This document shows positions 46,596 through 56,900 of a DNA stretch of 64,000 nucleotides, piece by piece. This stretch comes from Candidatus Obscuribacteraceae bacterium (GTDB lineage Bacteria; Cyanobacteriota; Vampirovibrionia; Obscuribacterales; Obscuribacteraceae): the NCBI GenBank assembly GCA_044226015.1, contig JBGAHS010000001.1:512001-576000 (forward strand). Direction: 5' to 3'. A program made the translations under genes and the position numbers. Numbering within the stretch: the stretch's first letter is position 1; each line of letters opens with the position of its first letter. The notes under the pieces are model-generated. The model did not search any database. It was not told the origin of the DNA and saw only the letters and a program-made list of their open reading frames with translations.

Positions 46596-47105
46596 CTAAA
46601 CCCAGAGGTTCCCAAGGTACTTTATTCCACCTGCAAATGAATTTCCGATCGATTCAAGAATTTGATTTTGTACCGGAGGGTAAAGTGCAAGTGTTTTCAG
46701 TTCTTCGACGCTTCGAAATTCAACTGCAGCCAGTACAGGTTCATTTCCCAATTTCATTGTGCCGCCAATTACTTTGCCGGTCATGTAAACGTTCACGATA
46801 TGACGGCTACGGTCTGGTGCAATTGCTTCCGATACAAAAACAATCTGCTCAATTTCGATGTCCAGTCCTGTTTCTTCCTTTACTTCACGAACGCCACATT
46901 CGCTGAAATCCTCGCCATACTCTAATCTTCCACCTGGCAAGACCCAATACTGGCGCGTTCCTTTTTTGTGCTTCACCAGAAGAATTTGATTTTCTTGATT
47001 GATGACGATAACCGAAACACGTGTTGTCGGAATGGCTTTGGCTGGTCGACGTCTCAGTCTGTGCTTACGCAATTCTCTCGCCTTCAAGTTCCACTTGCTA
47101 TCCAA
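46596..47105 (-). CDS. NUDIX hydrolase (start uncertain)
   Basis: GGRLEYGEDFSECGVREVKEETGL Nudix box. Confidence 0.9.
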   Translation of the reverse strand: MDSKWNLKARELRKHRLRRRPAKAIPTTRVSVIVINQENQILLVKHKKGTRQYWVLPGGRLEYGEDFSECGVREVKEETGLDIEIEQIVFVSEAIAPDRSRHIVNVYMTGKVIGGTMKLGNEPVLAAVEFRSVEELKTLALYPPVQNQILESIGNSFAGGIKYLGNLWV

Positions 47106-47300
47106 TCAGGAATCTTTTCTAGATTTTAGAGCTAATATGCTCTGCCCGCAATGCTTACAGCTCCATCAGATCTAGCTTTTTTTATACAACAAAAATTGCA
47201 AAATTGCCGCAAAGCAAATACACGTTTGGCGGTTCTTATAATGTCTTTCAGATCTCAAGCACATATGCTTGAGGGTGATTGGAGCCACGAAAAAGGAAAG

Positions 47301-48347
47301 ATGACAGTGAATCAAACTGAGCCGCAGAGTCGAATTATTGCGCTCAAAGAAGAGGGACTCTCTTCAATTCAAAACGCAGGTAGCAGTGACGAGCTTGAGG
47401 CGGTACGTCTAAAGTTTCTGGGTGGAAAGTCTGAGCTGAAGACAATTATGTCGGGGCTTTCAAAACTAAGTCCGGAAGAAAAAAAGACTATCGGGCAACT
47501 GTCCAACAATTGTCGGCAAGAGCTTGAAGCTGCATTGAAAGCCAGGCAAGAAGCACTCTACGCCATTGAGTTGGAGTCCAGGCTTCAAAATGAGCAAATC
47601 GATATTAGCTTGCCTGGCTTCGGTAGACCGGTTGGACACATTCACCCGTTGACACAAATAACCGAAGAAATCATCGGCATATTTCATGGCATGGGTTTCA
47701 GCGTGGTGGAAGGTCCGGAAATCGAGACTGACTTCTATAACTTTGATGCACTGAATACACCGGCTGACCATCCTGCCCGTGACTCGCAGGACACTTTCTA
47801 CACCACTGTTGCTGATCATGTTCTTTTGCGCAGTCAGACCTCGACCATTCAGATTCGCGCGATGGAGAAAATGAAGCCTCCCCTTCGCATTATCGCTCCT
47901 GGACGGGTTTACAGAAACGAGGAAGTAAATGCTCGTAAGTATCCTCTGTTCCATCAAATTGAAGGCTTGTTGATAGATAAGGATGTTAAATTCGGGCAGC
48001 TTCGTGCAACTCTGGAAGAATTTTATCGCTTGCTTTTCGGGCGTGAACTCAAAACCAGGTTTCGCCCTGATTTCTTTCCGTTTACTGAGCCCAGTGCTGA
48101 ATTAGACTGTGAGTGCCCGTTCTGCATGGGCAAGGGCTGCCGCACCTGTGGTAATCGCGGTTGGTTGGAGCTGCTCGGCTGCGGAATGGTGGATCCCAAT
48201 GTTCTGAAAGCAGTGAATATCGACCCATCTGAGTGGAGCGGATTTGCTTTTGGCATGGGCGTTGAGCGCGTCGCGATGTTGAGATATGGCATCAATGATA
48301 TTCGCCATTTCTTTACCAATGACTTGCGCTTTCTCGAACAATTTTAG
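47301..48347 (+). CDS. pheS: Phenylalanine-tRNA ligase alpha subunit
   Basis: HPARDSQDTF, PGRVYR, FHQIEG, FPFTEPS, GFAFGMGVER; ATG 47301 with AAGGA RBS preferred. Confidence 0.98.
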   Translation: MTVNQTEPQSRIIALKEEGLSSIQNAGSSDELEAVRLKFLGGKSELKTIMSGLSKLSPEEKKTIGQLSNNCRQELEAALKARQEALYAIELESRLQNEQIDISLPGFGRPVGHIHPLTQITEEIIGIFHGMGFSVVEGPEIETDFYNFDALNTPADHPARDSQDTFYTTVADHVLLRSQTSTIQIRAMEKMKPPLRIIAPGRVYRNEEVNARKYPLFHQIEGLLIDKDVKFGQLRATLEEFYRLLFGRELKTRFRPDFFPFTEPSAELDCECPFCMGKGCRTCGNRGWLELLGCGMVDPNVLKAVNIDPSEWSGFAFGMGVERVAMLRYGINDIRHFFTNDLRFLEQF

Positions 48348-48362
48348 TCTGGAGGAACTCTC

Positions 48363-50861
48363 TTGAAACTCTCATTTGATTGGCTTAGTGATTTCGTTGA
48401 TTTGTCCGGATTGTCCGCACAAGAAGTGGCAGACAAGCTAACCATGGGCGCCTTTGAAGTCGAGGAAGTCAGCACGACGGGGCCCGATATTGAGGGACCT
48501 CTGCTTGTCGGCCAGATTATGGAAATCAATCCTCATCCGAATGCAGACAAAATTCGTCTTACCAAAATCAAGTTTTCAGAAGATGGTCCAGCGCAAGAAA
48601 TCGTTTGTGGCGCCTGGAACATTGAAGTCGGGCATCGAATTCCAGTTGCACTGCCGGGTGCAAAAGTAATTAATCGCCATGATGGCAGTGCTTTGTTCAT
48701 CAAAGAAAATAAGATCAGAGGTGTAAGCAGCAATGGAATGCTCTGCTCAGCGCCTGAGTTGGGGCTCTCTGGCTCTGGCGAAGGAATTCTTATTCTCGAC
48801 CCGGAGACAAAACTTGGTGCAGATGCCAAAGAACTTCTCGGGCTGAAAGCTGATTACGTCTTGCATGTGGAACCACGTTCCAACAGAGGCGATGCTCTCA
48901 GCGTGCTTGGACTTGCACGCGAAGTCGCGGCATTATTTGGACGTCCGCTGAAAAAACAAAACTGGAATTTGCCGGAAGAGGATGCTTCTCTTCCCTTATT
49001 TGAATCAGCAATCGAAGATGCAGCTGATTGTCCATTCTTTACGCTGAGAACTCTTGGCGGGTTTAAAGTTGGACCTTCTGACCCATTCATCAGTGCCCGC
49101 CTTGAGTCTGTTGGGCTCAAGCCAATCAACAATATTGTTGATATCACCAACTATATTCTCTATGAGCTGGGACAACCTTTGCATGCTTATGATGTTTCCC
49201 GTCTTAAAGGAAACAAGCTCACTGCACGGCTTGCCCGTGAGGGTGAAGCAATTGAGACACTTGATCAAAAAGAACGCAAGCTGAACACCGCAGCTCTGGT
49301 GATTGCCGATAACGAATCTGTTGTTGGAGTTGCCGGTGTCATGGGCGGCAAAGATAGCGAGGTTTCAGAAAGAACTGAAACAATCGCACTGGAAGCTGCT
49401 TGTTTCACAAGTGCAAGAGTAAGAAGAAGCAGCCGTTTGCTCGGGCTATCGAGCGATGCTTCTCTGCGTTTCGAACGCGGGGTCGACAGCATGCAAGTAG
49501 AAGGCGCATCAAACAGAGCCGCATATTTGCTGGTGAAGCACTGTGGTGCACGCCTTGGTCGCATGTCTAAAGCAGGGTCTTCAGAAGTACCTGAGTCAAA
49601 AATTCAACTTCGTATGTCCGAGTTGAAGAGAATTTGCGACATAGATATGAATGCACAGGAAGCTGGCAAAATGCTGGAACCGCTGGGTTTTAAGACTCAG
49701 GGTCATGATGCTTCTGCTAATGCGATTTCTGTTTTTGTTCCAAGTTTTCGCCTGAAAGATGTATATCGCGAGGTAGATCTAATTGAGGAAGTCACTCGCT
49801 TGTATGGCTACAATCGCTTGCCTGTTTCAATGCCAGCAAGCACAATTGCGGCTAAGGTAAGAGACCCAATTCCAGCAAAAATAAGGCTCAGTTTGTGCGC
49901 TTCAGGTCTTAGCGAGGCGTGGCTTAGCAGTTTGACTAAGCGTGAAGAACTCATGTCCCGAGCCACTAACGGTACTGCCGATGATACCGCTGTAGAAGTT
50001 CAAAATCCACTCTCCGCTGAACACCAGGTCTTACGTCAGAGCCTGGTTCCTGGTTTGATTAAAGCTGCTTCCTATAATCAGGATTATGGCAACCTAAATC
50101 CCTGTCTGTTCGAGCTAGGCAAAGTTTATCGAAAAGACAGCCGCAGGCTGAACAGTAAGCAGCCGGCCAATCGTCAAACTGGCACGCATGAGGAACTCAT
50201 GGTCTCTGGCATTCTCTGCTCTGAGCCTCGTCTTTCATTGTGGAATAAACAAAAAGAAGATGAGAACCAGGGACAGTCTTATTATCTGGTGAAGGGCGTT
50301 TTTGAAAACCTTCTTGTGACCTTGGGGATAGACCGGTCTGCAGTACGCTTCGAAAAAACTGATGATATTCCGGGTTTCTTCCATCCTGGTCGCTCAGCGT
50401 CTTGCGTGCTTGAGCTTGCTGGAGATGGCAAAAAGAAAGGCAAGCAAGTTCGCCTTGGGTTTATTGGTGAGCTGCATCCCGCCGTTTGCGATTCCCACCG
50501 ATTGAGTGGTCGAGCTGCAGCCATGGAAGTTTCTGTTCAGGCTCTCACTGATGCTGTGTCGTTTGCCGCATTCAAGGACATATACTCGACTCCGAGTGTC
50601 CAGCGCGACTTGACTGCTGACCTTCCTCATTGCGTAAAGAATCAGGAATTGGAGTCTGTGATTCGCGATTGCACCAAAGAGATGCTAACCAAGCTTGACC
50701 TCGTTAGCGTATTTAAGCTATCCGATAAGCAGAAGAGCCTGTCATACAGGCTTACTTTCCAAGATCCTGAAAAGACTCTGACTGCAGAAACTGTCGACTC
50801 GGCAATGTCAAAAGTTCGAGACGAGCTTGCCAAGAGGGTTGATGCTAAGTTCCGCCTTTAG
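48363..50861 (+). CDS. pheT: Phenylalanine-tRNA ligase beta subunit
   Basis: HPNADK, IVCGA, NRGDALS, GQPLHAYD, RFERGVD, FDX-ACB C-terminus. Confidence 0.98.
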   Translation: MKLSFDWLSDFVDLSGLSAQEVADKLTMGAFEVEEVSTTGPDIEGPLLVGQIMEINPHPNADKIRLTKIKFSEDGPAQEIVCGAWNIEVGHRIPVALPGAKVINRHDGSALFIKENKIRGVSSNGMLCSAPELGLSGSGEGILILDPETKLGADAKELLGLKADYVLHVEPRSNRGDALSVLGLAREVAALFGRPLKKQNWNLPEEDASLPLFESAIEDAADCPFFTLRTLGGFKVGPSDPFISARLESVGLKPINNIVDITNYILYELGQPLHAYDVSRLKGNKLTARLAREGEAIETLDQKERKLNTAALVIADNESVVGVAGVMGGKDSEVSERTETIALEAACFTSARVRRSSRLLGLSSDASLRFERGVDSMQVEGASNRAAYLLVKHCGARLGRMSKAGSSEVPESKIQLRMSELKRICDIDMNAQEAGKMLEPLGFKTQGHDASANAISVFVPSFRLKDVYREVDLIEEVTRLYGYNRLPVSMPASTIAAKVRDPIPAKIRLSLCASGLSEAWLSSLTKREELMSRATNGTADDTAVEVQNPLSAEHQVLRQSLVPGLIKAASYNQDYGNLNPCLFELGKVYRKDSRRLNSKQPANRQTGTHEELMVSGILCSEPRLSLWNKQKEDENQGQSYYLVKGVFENLLVTLGIDRSAVRFEKTDDIPGFFHPGRSASCVLELAGDGKKKGKQVRLGFIGELHPAVCDSHRLSGRAAAMEVSVQALTDAVSFAAFKDIYSTPSVQRDLTADLPHCVKNQELESVIRDCTKEMLTKLDLVSVFKLSDKQKSLSYRLTFQDPEKTLTAETVDSAMSKVRDELAKRVDAKFRL

Positions 50862-51023
50862 TGTCACCTTGATATCTGATAAAAGACTTTTATTTGAGGA
50901 AAGGCTGGAAATCCAGTGCTGACAAAGGTCAATAAATTTAATGTCCCACAGCGATTAACGCCCCCGCGCGGGTATATTGCTCCTAGTTCACTTCTTTTTT
51001 CCCGCAGAAGGGTAGCAAAATAG

Positions 51024-53741
51024 ATGTATAAAGTTACAAGGCGCCCCAATCTATTGCCATTCATCCTACTACTTGCCGTTGGCATAGCGGTGTCGATCTA
51101 CGCTCCTGAGCTCTTCAAAGACGCTAAGGGCGATATTCCGGCAGTTGCTCTTTACCCCGGTGAGATAGCAATAGCGCTCATTCTGAGCGTGCTGATGTTT
51201 GAAAACGCAACGCCAACGGAGTTGATCAAGATCGCAGCAGTGATGCTACTGATCTCCTTCCTCGATGGTGCATTGTGCAATTTCATCGGTCAGCATACAG
51301 TGATGATGCCTGACAATACCGTGCAGCTGAATTGGGTTCAATTGATCGCAATCAACCTCACAGGTATGGGCGGCATCATGTCGTTGTTCACTACCGAGTC
51401 TGACCAGGGCTTGCCGACAAGCTCTCGTCCGCCAGCAGCCAAAGAGCCTCAAAAGGAAGCGGCTGCTCCATCCAAGATTGACTTCAGCCCAGCAGAAGAT
51501 AAGGCTGGGTTCGACAAAGAACGCAAAGAGCAGCTTGATATAAAAGCTCAACCTGCACCCGAACGTGTTTCTCTAGAGTCATTGTTCGCTGAAGAAGGAA
51601 CAGCTTCGGCAGCGACAGTAAATCGTGAACCTGCTAAGCCAGCTCCTGAGCCAGTCAAGGCTGCCGAGCCAGTCAAAGCCCCTGAGCCAGTCAAAGCTCC
51701 TGAGCCAGCACCAGCACCGGTGGCGGAAGTTAAACCAGCTCCGACACCAGAACCTGTTAAAGAGCCAGAGCCAGTTAAGGCTCCTGAGCCAGTAAAAGAA
51801 CCAGAGCCTGTAGCGGCTGCACCTGAACCAACGAAAACGCCCGAACCAGCATCTGGTTTGCTCGGCGATGTAAGCAGCGATATTGAAGACATCTTCGGTT
51901 CGCTAGTAGGTGAAGCTTCACAGAAAGATTTCGCCCCTTCCAAAAAAGAAGAGGAGAAAGCTGCAGCTCCTGCTGCAGAACCAGCTCCGGCTCCAGCTCC
52001 AGAACCTGCGCCAGCTCCTGCCGCAGAAACTCCTCCAGCGGCTCCTGCCGAGTCGTTTGGACCCAAACTCACCGATGCTGGCAGCAGCGCCAAAGCCGCT
52101 GTCAAAGAATTCGGAAAACTTTCCGCTACAGCTGCGGGCAAGCCAGAAGCAACTGGTACGTTGAAGACCATTGGTCAGATGTTGCTCGACACTGCAGCAG
52201 TTGAAAAAATCATCAAGCAAGCAGATAAGAATGAAGGCGGCACTAAGTGGCGTGTACTCACCGTTGACCGCGGTGCAAACCTTCAAGCTCTGATGGATTT
52301 GATGACCACCTATGAGGGTGTTGAGAGCGCTCTCTTGATGGGCAAAGATGGACTTCTCTTGAGCAATACAGAGTCACTGTCAGCGCTCAAGTACGTTTTT
52401 GGACCTCTCTCACTTGCGATGCACAGCACCACCAATCTTGGTACAGCTAAATTGCACATGGGCGAGCTCAGGCAGATGGTTCTTCGCTCAGGCGATAAAC
52501 TCGCCGTGCTGACAGACGTAGGTTCAGCCATCCTTGCCGTATTCGGAAATTGGGATGCAGCTAAGCTCGATGGATTGATGAATCACATCAATAAGGGTGT
52601 TGCTGGTTCAGATGCTGTTGGTGGCGATCTTCCAGCTGAGGAAGAACCACCCGCACTATCGAGTGAACCGGCTCCAGCAGCAGCTGCGCCAGCTCCTCCT
52701 CCCGCTGCACCGGCACCAGCGCCGGCACCAGCGAAGGAAGAACCAGCCGGTGGAGTGCTCAATGTTTCCGATAACGAAATGAGCGATCTCTTCGACAATC
52801 TTCTTTCCGAAGATTCCTCCGATAAGAAGAAAGAAGCTCCAGCCGCGGCTCCTGCGCCTGCAAAGGAAGAACCCAAAGGTGGAGTACTCAACGTTTCTGA
52901 CAATGAGATGAGTGATCTCTTCGATAATTTGTTGTCTGAAGAGTCCACTGATAAGAAGAAAGAAGCAGCAGCTCCTGCTCCTCAAGCGGCTCCAGCCCAA
53001 CCAGCTGCAGCTGAGCAGAAGGGCGGACTCATGAATGTTTCTGATTCAGAAGTTGGCGAATTGTTCGATAATCTACTTGGTGGCGGTGATGCCAAAGACG
53101 CTAAAAAGTCTATGGACTTCAGCCCCGCAGACAAAGAAAAGCCTGCCGAAGCAGCACCCGCTGCAGCCGAAAAGAAAAAGCCAGAAGGTAAGCCTCCTGA
53201 GCAAATCAAAGAATTCGGCAAATTGTCGGTAGCTGCATCTAAGCAAGATGTCGGCAATGAAGCCGGAGCTATGAAAGCAATCGGCCGTCAGTTGATTGAC
53301 GTTCAAGCTGTAGAAAACATCATCAAAGCTGGCGAAAAGCGTGAGAAGATCGGGTCTGGTTTGACGACCGCTCGTGTAATCAGCGCAGCTCGCGGTGAAG
53401 GTATCAAAACCTTGCTCAGCAAAATTGATACTTATGAGGGTGTCATCGGCAGTTTGATTGTGGGTCACGATGGACTTGTTATTGCCTCAACCCTCCAGGG
53501 TGGCATCGACAAGGATATGATGGGCGCTATGTGTACAGCTATCCACAGCCACCTCGATGTAGCTGCTAAAAAGTTGGACCATGGCAAACTTCAGCAATCG
53601 GTATTTTTCGGTGATAGCGGAAACAAGCTTACCGTAATGACTGCCGTTGCTGTTGGAATTCTGGCAGTGTTTGTGGACGGTGCTGGATTTGAGAGAGTAG
53701 ATGGATTGCTTCAAGCAATCGACACTACTGTTCGCGGTTAA
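51024..53741 (+). CDS. Membrane-anchored protein with Pro/Ala/Glu linkers and two Roadblock/LC7 (MglB-like) domains
   Basis: About four N-terminal TMs; two copies of YEGV....MG.DGL...S Roadblock pattern with L..G.L.Q; low-complexity linkers. Confidence 0.85.
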   Translation: MYKVTRRPNLLPFILLLAVGIAVSIYAPELFKDAKGDIPAVALYPGEIAIALILSVLMFENATPTELIKIAAVMLLISFLDGALCNFIGQHTVMMPDNTVQLNWVQLIAINLTGMGGIMSLFTTESDQGLPTSSRPPAAKEPQKEAAAPSKIDFSPAEDKAGFDKERKEQLDIKAQPAPERVSLESLFAEEGTASAATVNREPAKPAPEPVKAAEPVKAPEPVKAPEPAPAPVAEVKPAPTPEPVKEPEPVKAPEPVKEPEPVAAAPEPTKTPEPASGLLGDVSSDIEDIFGSLVGEASQKDFAPSKKEEEKAAAPAAEPAPAPAPEPAPAPAAETPPAAPAESFGPKLTDAGSSAKAAVKEFGKLSATAAGKPEATGTLKTIGQMLLDTAAVEKIIKQADKNEGGTKWRVLTVDRGANLQALMDLMTTYEGVESALLMGKDGLLLSNTESLSALKYVFGPLSLAMHSTTNLGTAKLHMGELRQMVLRSGDKLAVLTDVGSAILAVFGNWDAAKLDGLMNHINKGVAGSDAVGGDLPAEEEPPALSSEPAPAAAAPAPPPAAPAPAPAPAKEEPAGGVLNVSDNEMSDLFDNLLSEDSSDKKKEAPAAAPAPAKEEPKGGVLNVSDNEMSDLFDNLLSEESTDKKKEAAAPAPQAAPAQPAAAEQKGGLMNVSDSEVGELFDNLLGGGDAKDAKKSMDFSPADKEKPAEAAPAAAEKKKPEGKPPEQIKEFGKLSVAASKQDVGNEAGAMKAIGRQLIDVQAVENIIKAGEKREKIGSGLTTARVISAARGEGIKTLLSKIDTYEGVIGSLIVGHDGLVIASTLQGGIDKDMMGAMCTAIHSHLDVAAKKLDHGKLQQSVFFGDSGNKLTVMTAVAVGILAVFVDGAGFERVDGLLQAIDTTVRG
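51630..51850 (+). repeat. Tandem (A/E)PEPVK hexapeptide repeats, ~18-nt units
   Basis: Repeated GAGCCAGTCAA(A/G)GC(T/C) units. Confidence 0.8.
52749..53078 (+). repeat. Three copies of a 57-nt unit encoding GG(V/L)(L/M)NVSD(N/S)E(M/V)(S/G)(D/E)LFDNLL
   Basis: Copies start at 52749, 52878 and 53022, differing largely at synonymous sites. Confidence 0.9.
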
Positions 53742-53766
53742 ATAAGACGAAAAAGAAGAAGTGAAT

Positions 53767-53798
53767 GGGGCGGTGCGAGAGCATCGCCCTTTTCTCTT
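53767..53798 (+). terminator. Intrinsic terminator of the Roadblock gene
   Basis: GGGCGGTGC-GAGA-GCATCGCCC followed by TTTTCTCTT. Confidence 0.8.
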
Positions 53799-53910
53799 GC
53801 GTCAATCAACCAAGCTATCTGCTACGTTCCACAGTGAGTAAAAAGAGGAAAGTGTTGCTTCGTTCGCGATGATGCTGCATGAATGTGCAATTCATTTCAG
53901 TATGATTTCG

Positions 53911-53952
53911 AAAAAAGAAAGAGCGTTCATTCTATGCAGAACGAACGCTCTT
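53911..53952 (-). terminator. Intrinsic terminator of the giant gene
   Basis: AAGAGCGTTC...GAACGCTCTT followed by TCTTTTTTT on the - strand. Confidence 0.75.
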
Positions 53953-53971
53953 CATGAGGAATGGTGACCTA

Positions 53972-56900
53972 TTACTTCATAGCCGATAGCGGTCGTGAAT
54001 ATTGCTGGTAGGGACCCTTTCCTTTGTTCATATTTAGGGTCACGGCTGTTGTTTTCAGAATACTATTGAGCAATTTCCTAGCTTGAGGTCTTTCTGTTGT
54101 AAGCATTGTTCTCAGCGGTTTGACCGCAGAAATCGTTGAGAGAACAGAGAATTCCGAGCTATGTAGTTTCCATCCATTCCCCAAATTCTGAGAACTCAAG
54201 TTTCGATGTGAGATAGCTTCGAGCTTATTTAGTTCGGCAAACTCTCCCATGAATTGAGGAGCAAGCGTGAGATGCATTCCTGGTGCAAGATGGTAGCTGC
54301 CAAAAGCGCTGTTGATCTTCACTGAACCAGCAGCAGTGTCATGAAGGTCAAAAATAGAAATCATCTCTGAGTTGCTGCTTAGCAAAACAACAGCTCCAGC
54401 TTTAATGCTGATGGTTCCCTGGGGAATTTTGAGTTCTAAGTCTTTGCTTGGTGCTAGCAGGAACTTGCCTTCCTCAATCGATAGATTCTGCTTTTCATGA
54501 ATGCTCTCAATTCCGAGGTCTAGATCACTGTATACCTCAGCTGAGATACTCGCGCTCTGCACCTTATCGATAAACGAGGATGATTCATCTTTGGATATTC
54601 CACCAAACAATGCTCTTGTTTTTTCGGAGGCGATATCGGCTCCATTTGATGTCGCTTGCTTCACGAGGGCGTTAGTTGTAGCTGTCCTGGAAACTATCTG
54701 AGTGTCCGCAAAAACGGTAGAAAGGGCGTTCATCTCGGCTGGCATAGATATGTTTACCGAAGATTTCTGTCCTCCCGATGTTCCATTCAAAGCAGCACTC
54801 TGAGTCAGGTTTGGAATTCCACTAGAAATGGAATTGCCAGCCGTCGAGTGATTGTTACTTTGCTGTGTTGAATGCAGAGGCGATGCAATCGCTGGTGTAG
54901 AGCTTGTTGGGACGGCGAGCGATAAGGATGCTAGTGGTGGGTCGGCAGTTATAGTTGTTGGGGACCCACCATTTACTGTGATGGCGGATGCTGGCAATTT
55001 TCCTGTATTGAATATGACGTTTTTGCCGATAGCATTTAAGAAGACTGCCGAAGGTACGCCGCCTATCTTGATGCCATTCGTGCCATAGAATATTTTTCCG
55101 CCACCGCTCTCCGTTATATTTGCGGGCGGTAGGTTAGATGGGGCTGTCCCCTGCACAGGAGTCTTTGAGAGAGTTCCTATTATGATGTTGACGTTACCTC
55201 CACCGACGCCGCTTGTTGCAATCGTGCCAGCAGCGCCGATAAGTATAGAACCCGCTGTGCTGTTGCTATTTTCCAGAGTGATTACAGACGGTGCTGATTT
55301 GTTTGTTCCAGCAGCAAGAATCTGAGCACTAACCGCCGTCTGAAGTAAACCAGCAGCAGCTGCGATAACGGTAATGGAACCGTTAGTCGTTGAGATGCTG
55401 TTCAGAGTGAGGGGGCCGCTCGCGTTAAGGGTGAAGCTGCCGCCGGCGCTTGAATTGTTCAATACCATGGCAGTCTTATTGCTGTTTTTTAAGTTCACCA
55501 GACCTGCAGTGCCTGTGTTAGCGCTAAAAACTGCCGCTGCCAGGTTAAGCGCAGTCTTGCTGCTTCCGATGTTGCCGAAGCTGCTGGAGAGAATCAGGTC
55601 GCTCGAGGCTTTGAGTAAGCCGGTTCCACTTATGTCGCCAGTAGTTGTGCTGAGCGTGACAAAAGTAGTTGTTTTGCCTCCCACGGGTTTGTTTAGGACA
55701 ATGCTGCCCACGCTTGAGGTAGAGTCTAAGGTTATCTTCGTTGCTGAAATACTGGCGTTGTTGATGATTCCCGCTCCAGAGTAGAGCGTGAAGTCAGATG
55801 CGCTGGTCGCTGATTTCAATGTGACGGGGACGGCTCCAGTGTTGAGAATGTTAGCTGTACCAGTTGAGTTCGCTGACAAGTTACTCGTTTGTACAATTAG
55901 GGCTCCGATTGGGGTACCCAGATTTCCGCTAGCACTTACGAGGGAGACTGTCGTGGCGCTGATTGCCTGCGTACTTGTTGTATTTATACTACCAGTTCCA
56001 GTTGCCGTCAGGCTTATGGTGCCACCAAGGCTGGTGGCGCTAATTTTCTCGCCTACATTTATGTCTTTTCCGCTTGTGCTGGTCTTTAGTGTAACTGATT
56101 TGCCGGCGGTGATGCTGCCGCTGGTGTTAATGGTAGATGATGAGAGTAGCGTAAATGTAGAGCTGCTGCCGGTTGCTGAAGACGCACCAAGGTTCAGCGC
56201 GGCGCTTCCTGTACTGGTCAGGTTGATGCTTGCTGATGAATTAGCAAAGAGATTACTAGTGTTTACTTTAATTCCGTTGATGCTTCCGGTTTCCGTTGTT
56301 AGTCGAACGGTGTTTGCTTGAACAGGCGATTTCAATGAAATCGTGCCTGTGCCACCAGCCTTTATTTGAATTTCAACGGTTGAGGCGCTACCCAGTTGTG
56401 AGCCGACGCTTATCGTTCCTTTTGCTGCACCGCTTGTGTCCAGCATTACAGTGCCCGGAGAAGTGAGTGGCTGGGTGCCTGTTGTGATAGCTCCCCCGCG
56501 GTTGCTTACAGAAATTACTCCTGTTCCTAGAGCCGTCGATCCATTCGAAATAGTTATGAGTCCCTTGATACCGTTTGTTATCTTGGCACTTGCACTCTGA
56601 TTCAATAAGAATGCGGTGCTGGAGTTAGATGATAAATAGACGGAGCCGCCGTTGCCGCCATTCGCGCCGCTAGCGAAAGTCAACGGTGCTGTAACTAAGA
56701 GATTTCCTGAGGACTTCGAGCCCGCAGTTAAGCTGAGCGATGCGCCAGTGCCTGTTGAGCTGCTGGGTCCGAGATTAAAGAGGCTAGCTGATGGATTTAC
56801 CGTCAGGTTGCCACCGGCGCTGAAACTGAAGCTGCCACCGTTTACTCCACTTGTACTTACCTGGAGATTATTTTCGTTAAGAGTGTATGCTGCAGCAGAA

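Noticed and set aside
51630..53078. Spaced direct repeats suggesting a CRISPR array
   Set aside because: The repeats are in frame, vary at synonymous sites and lie within a coding region; no cas genes are present.
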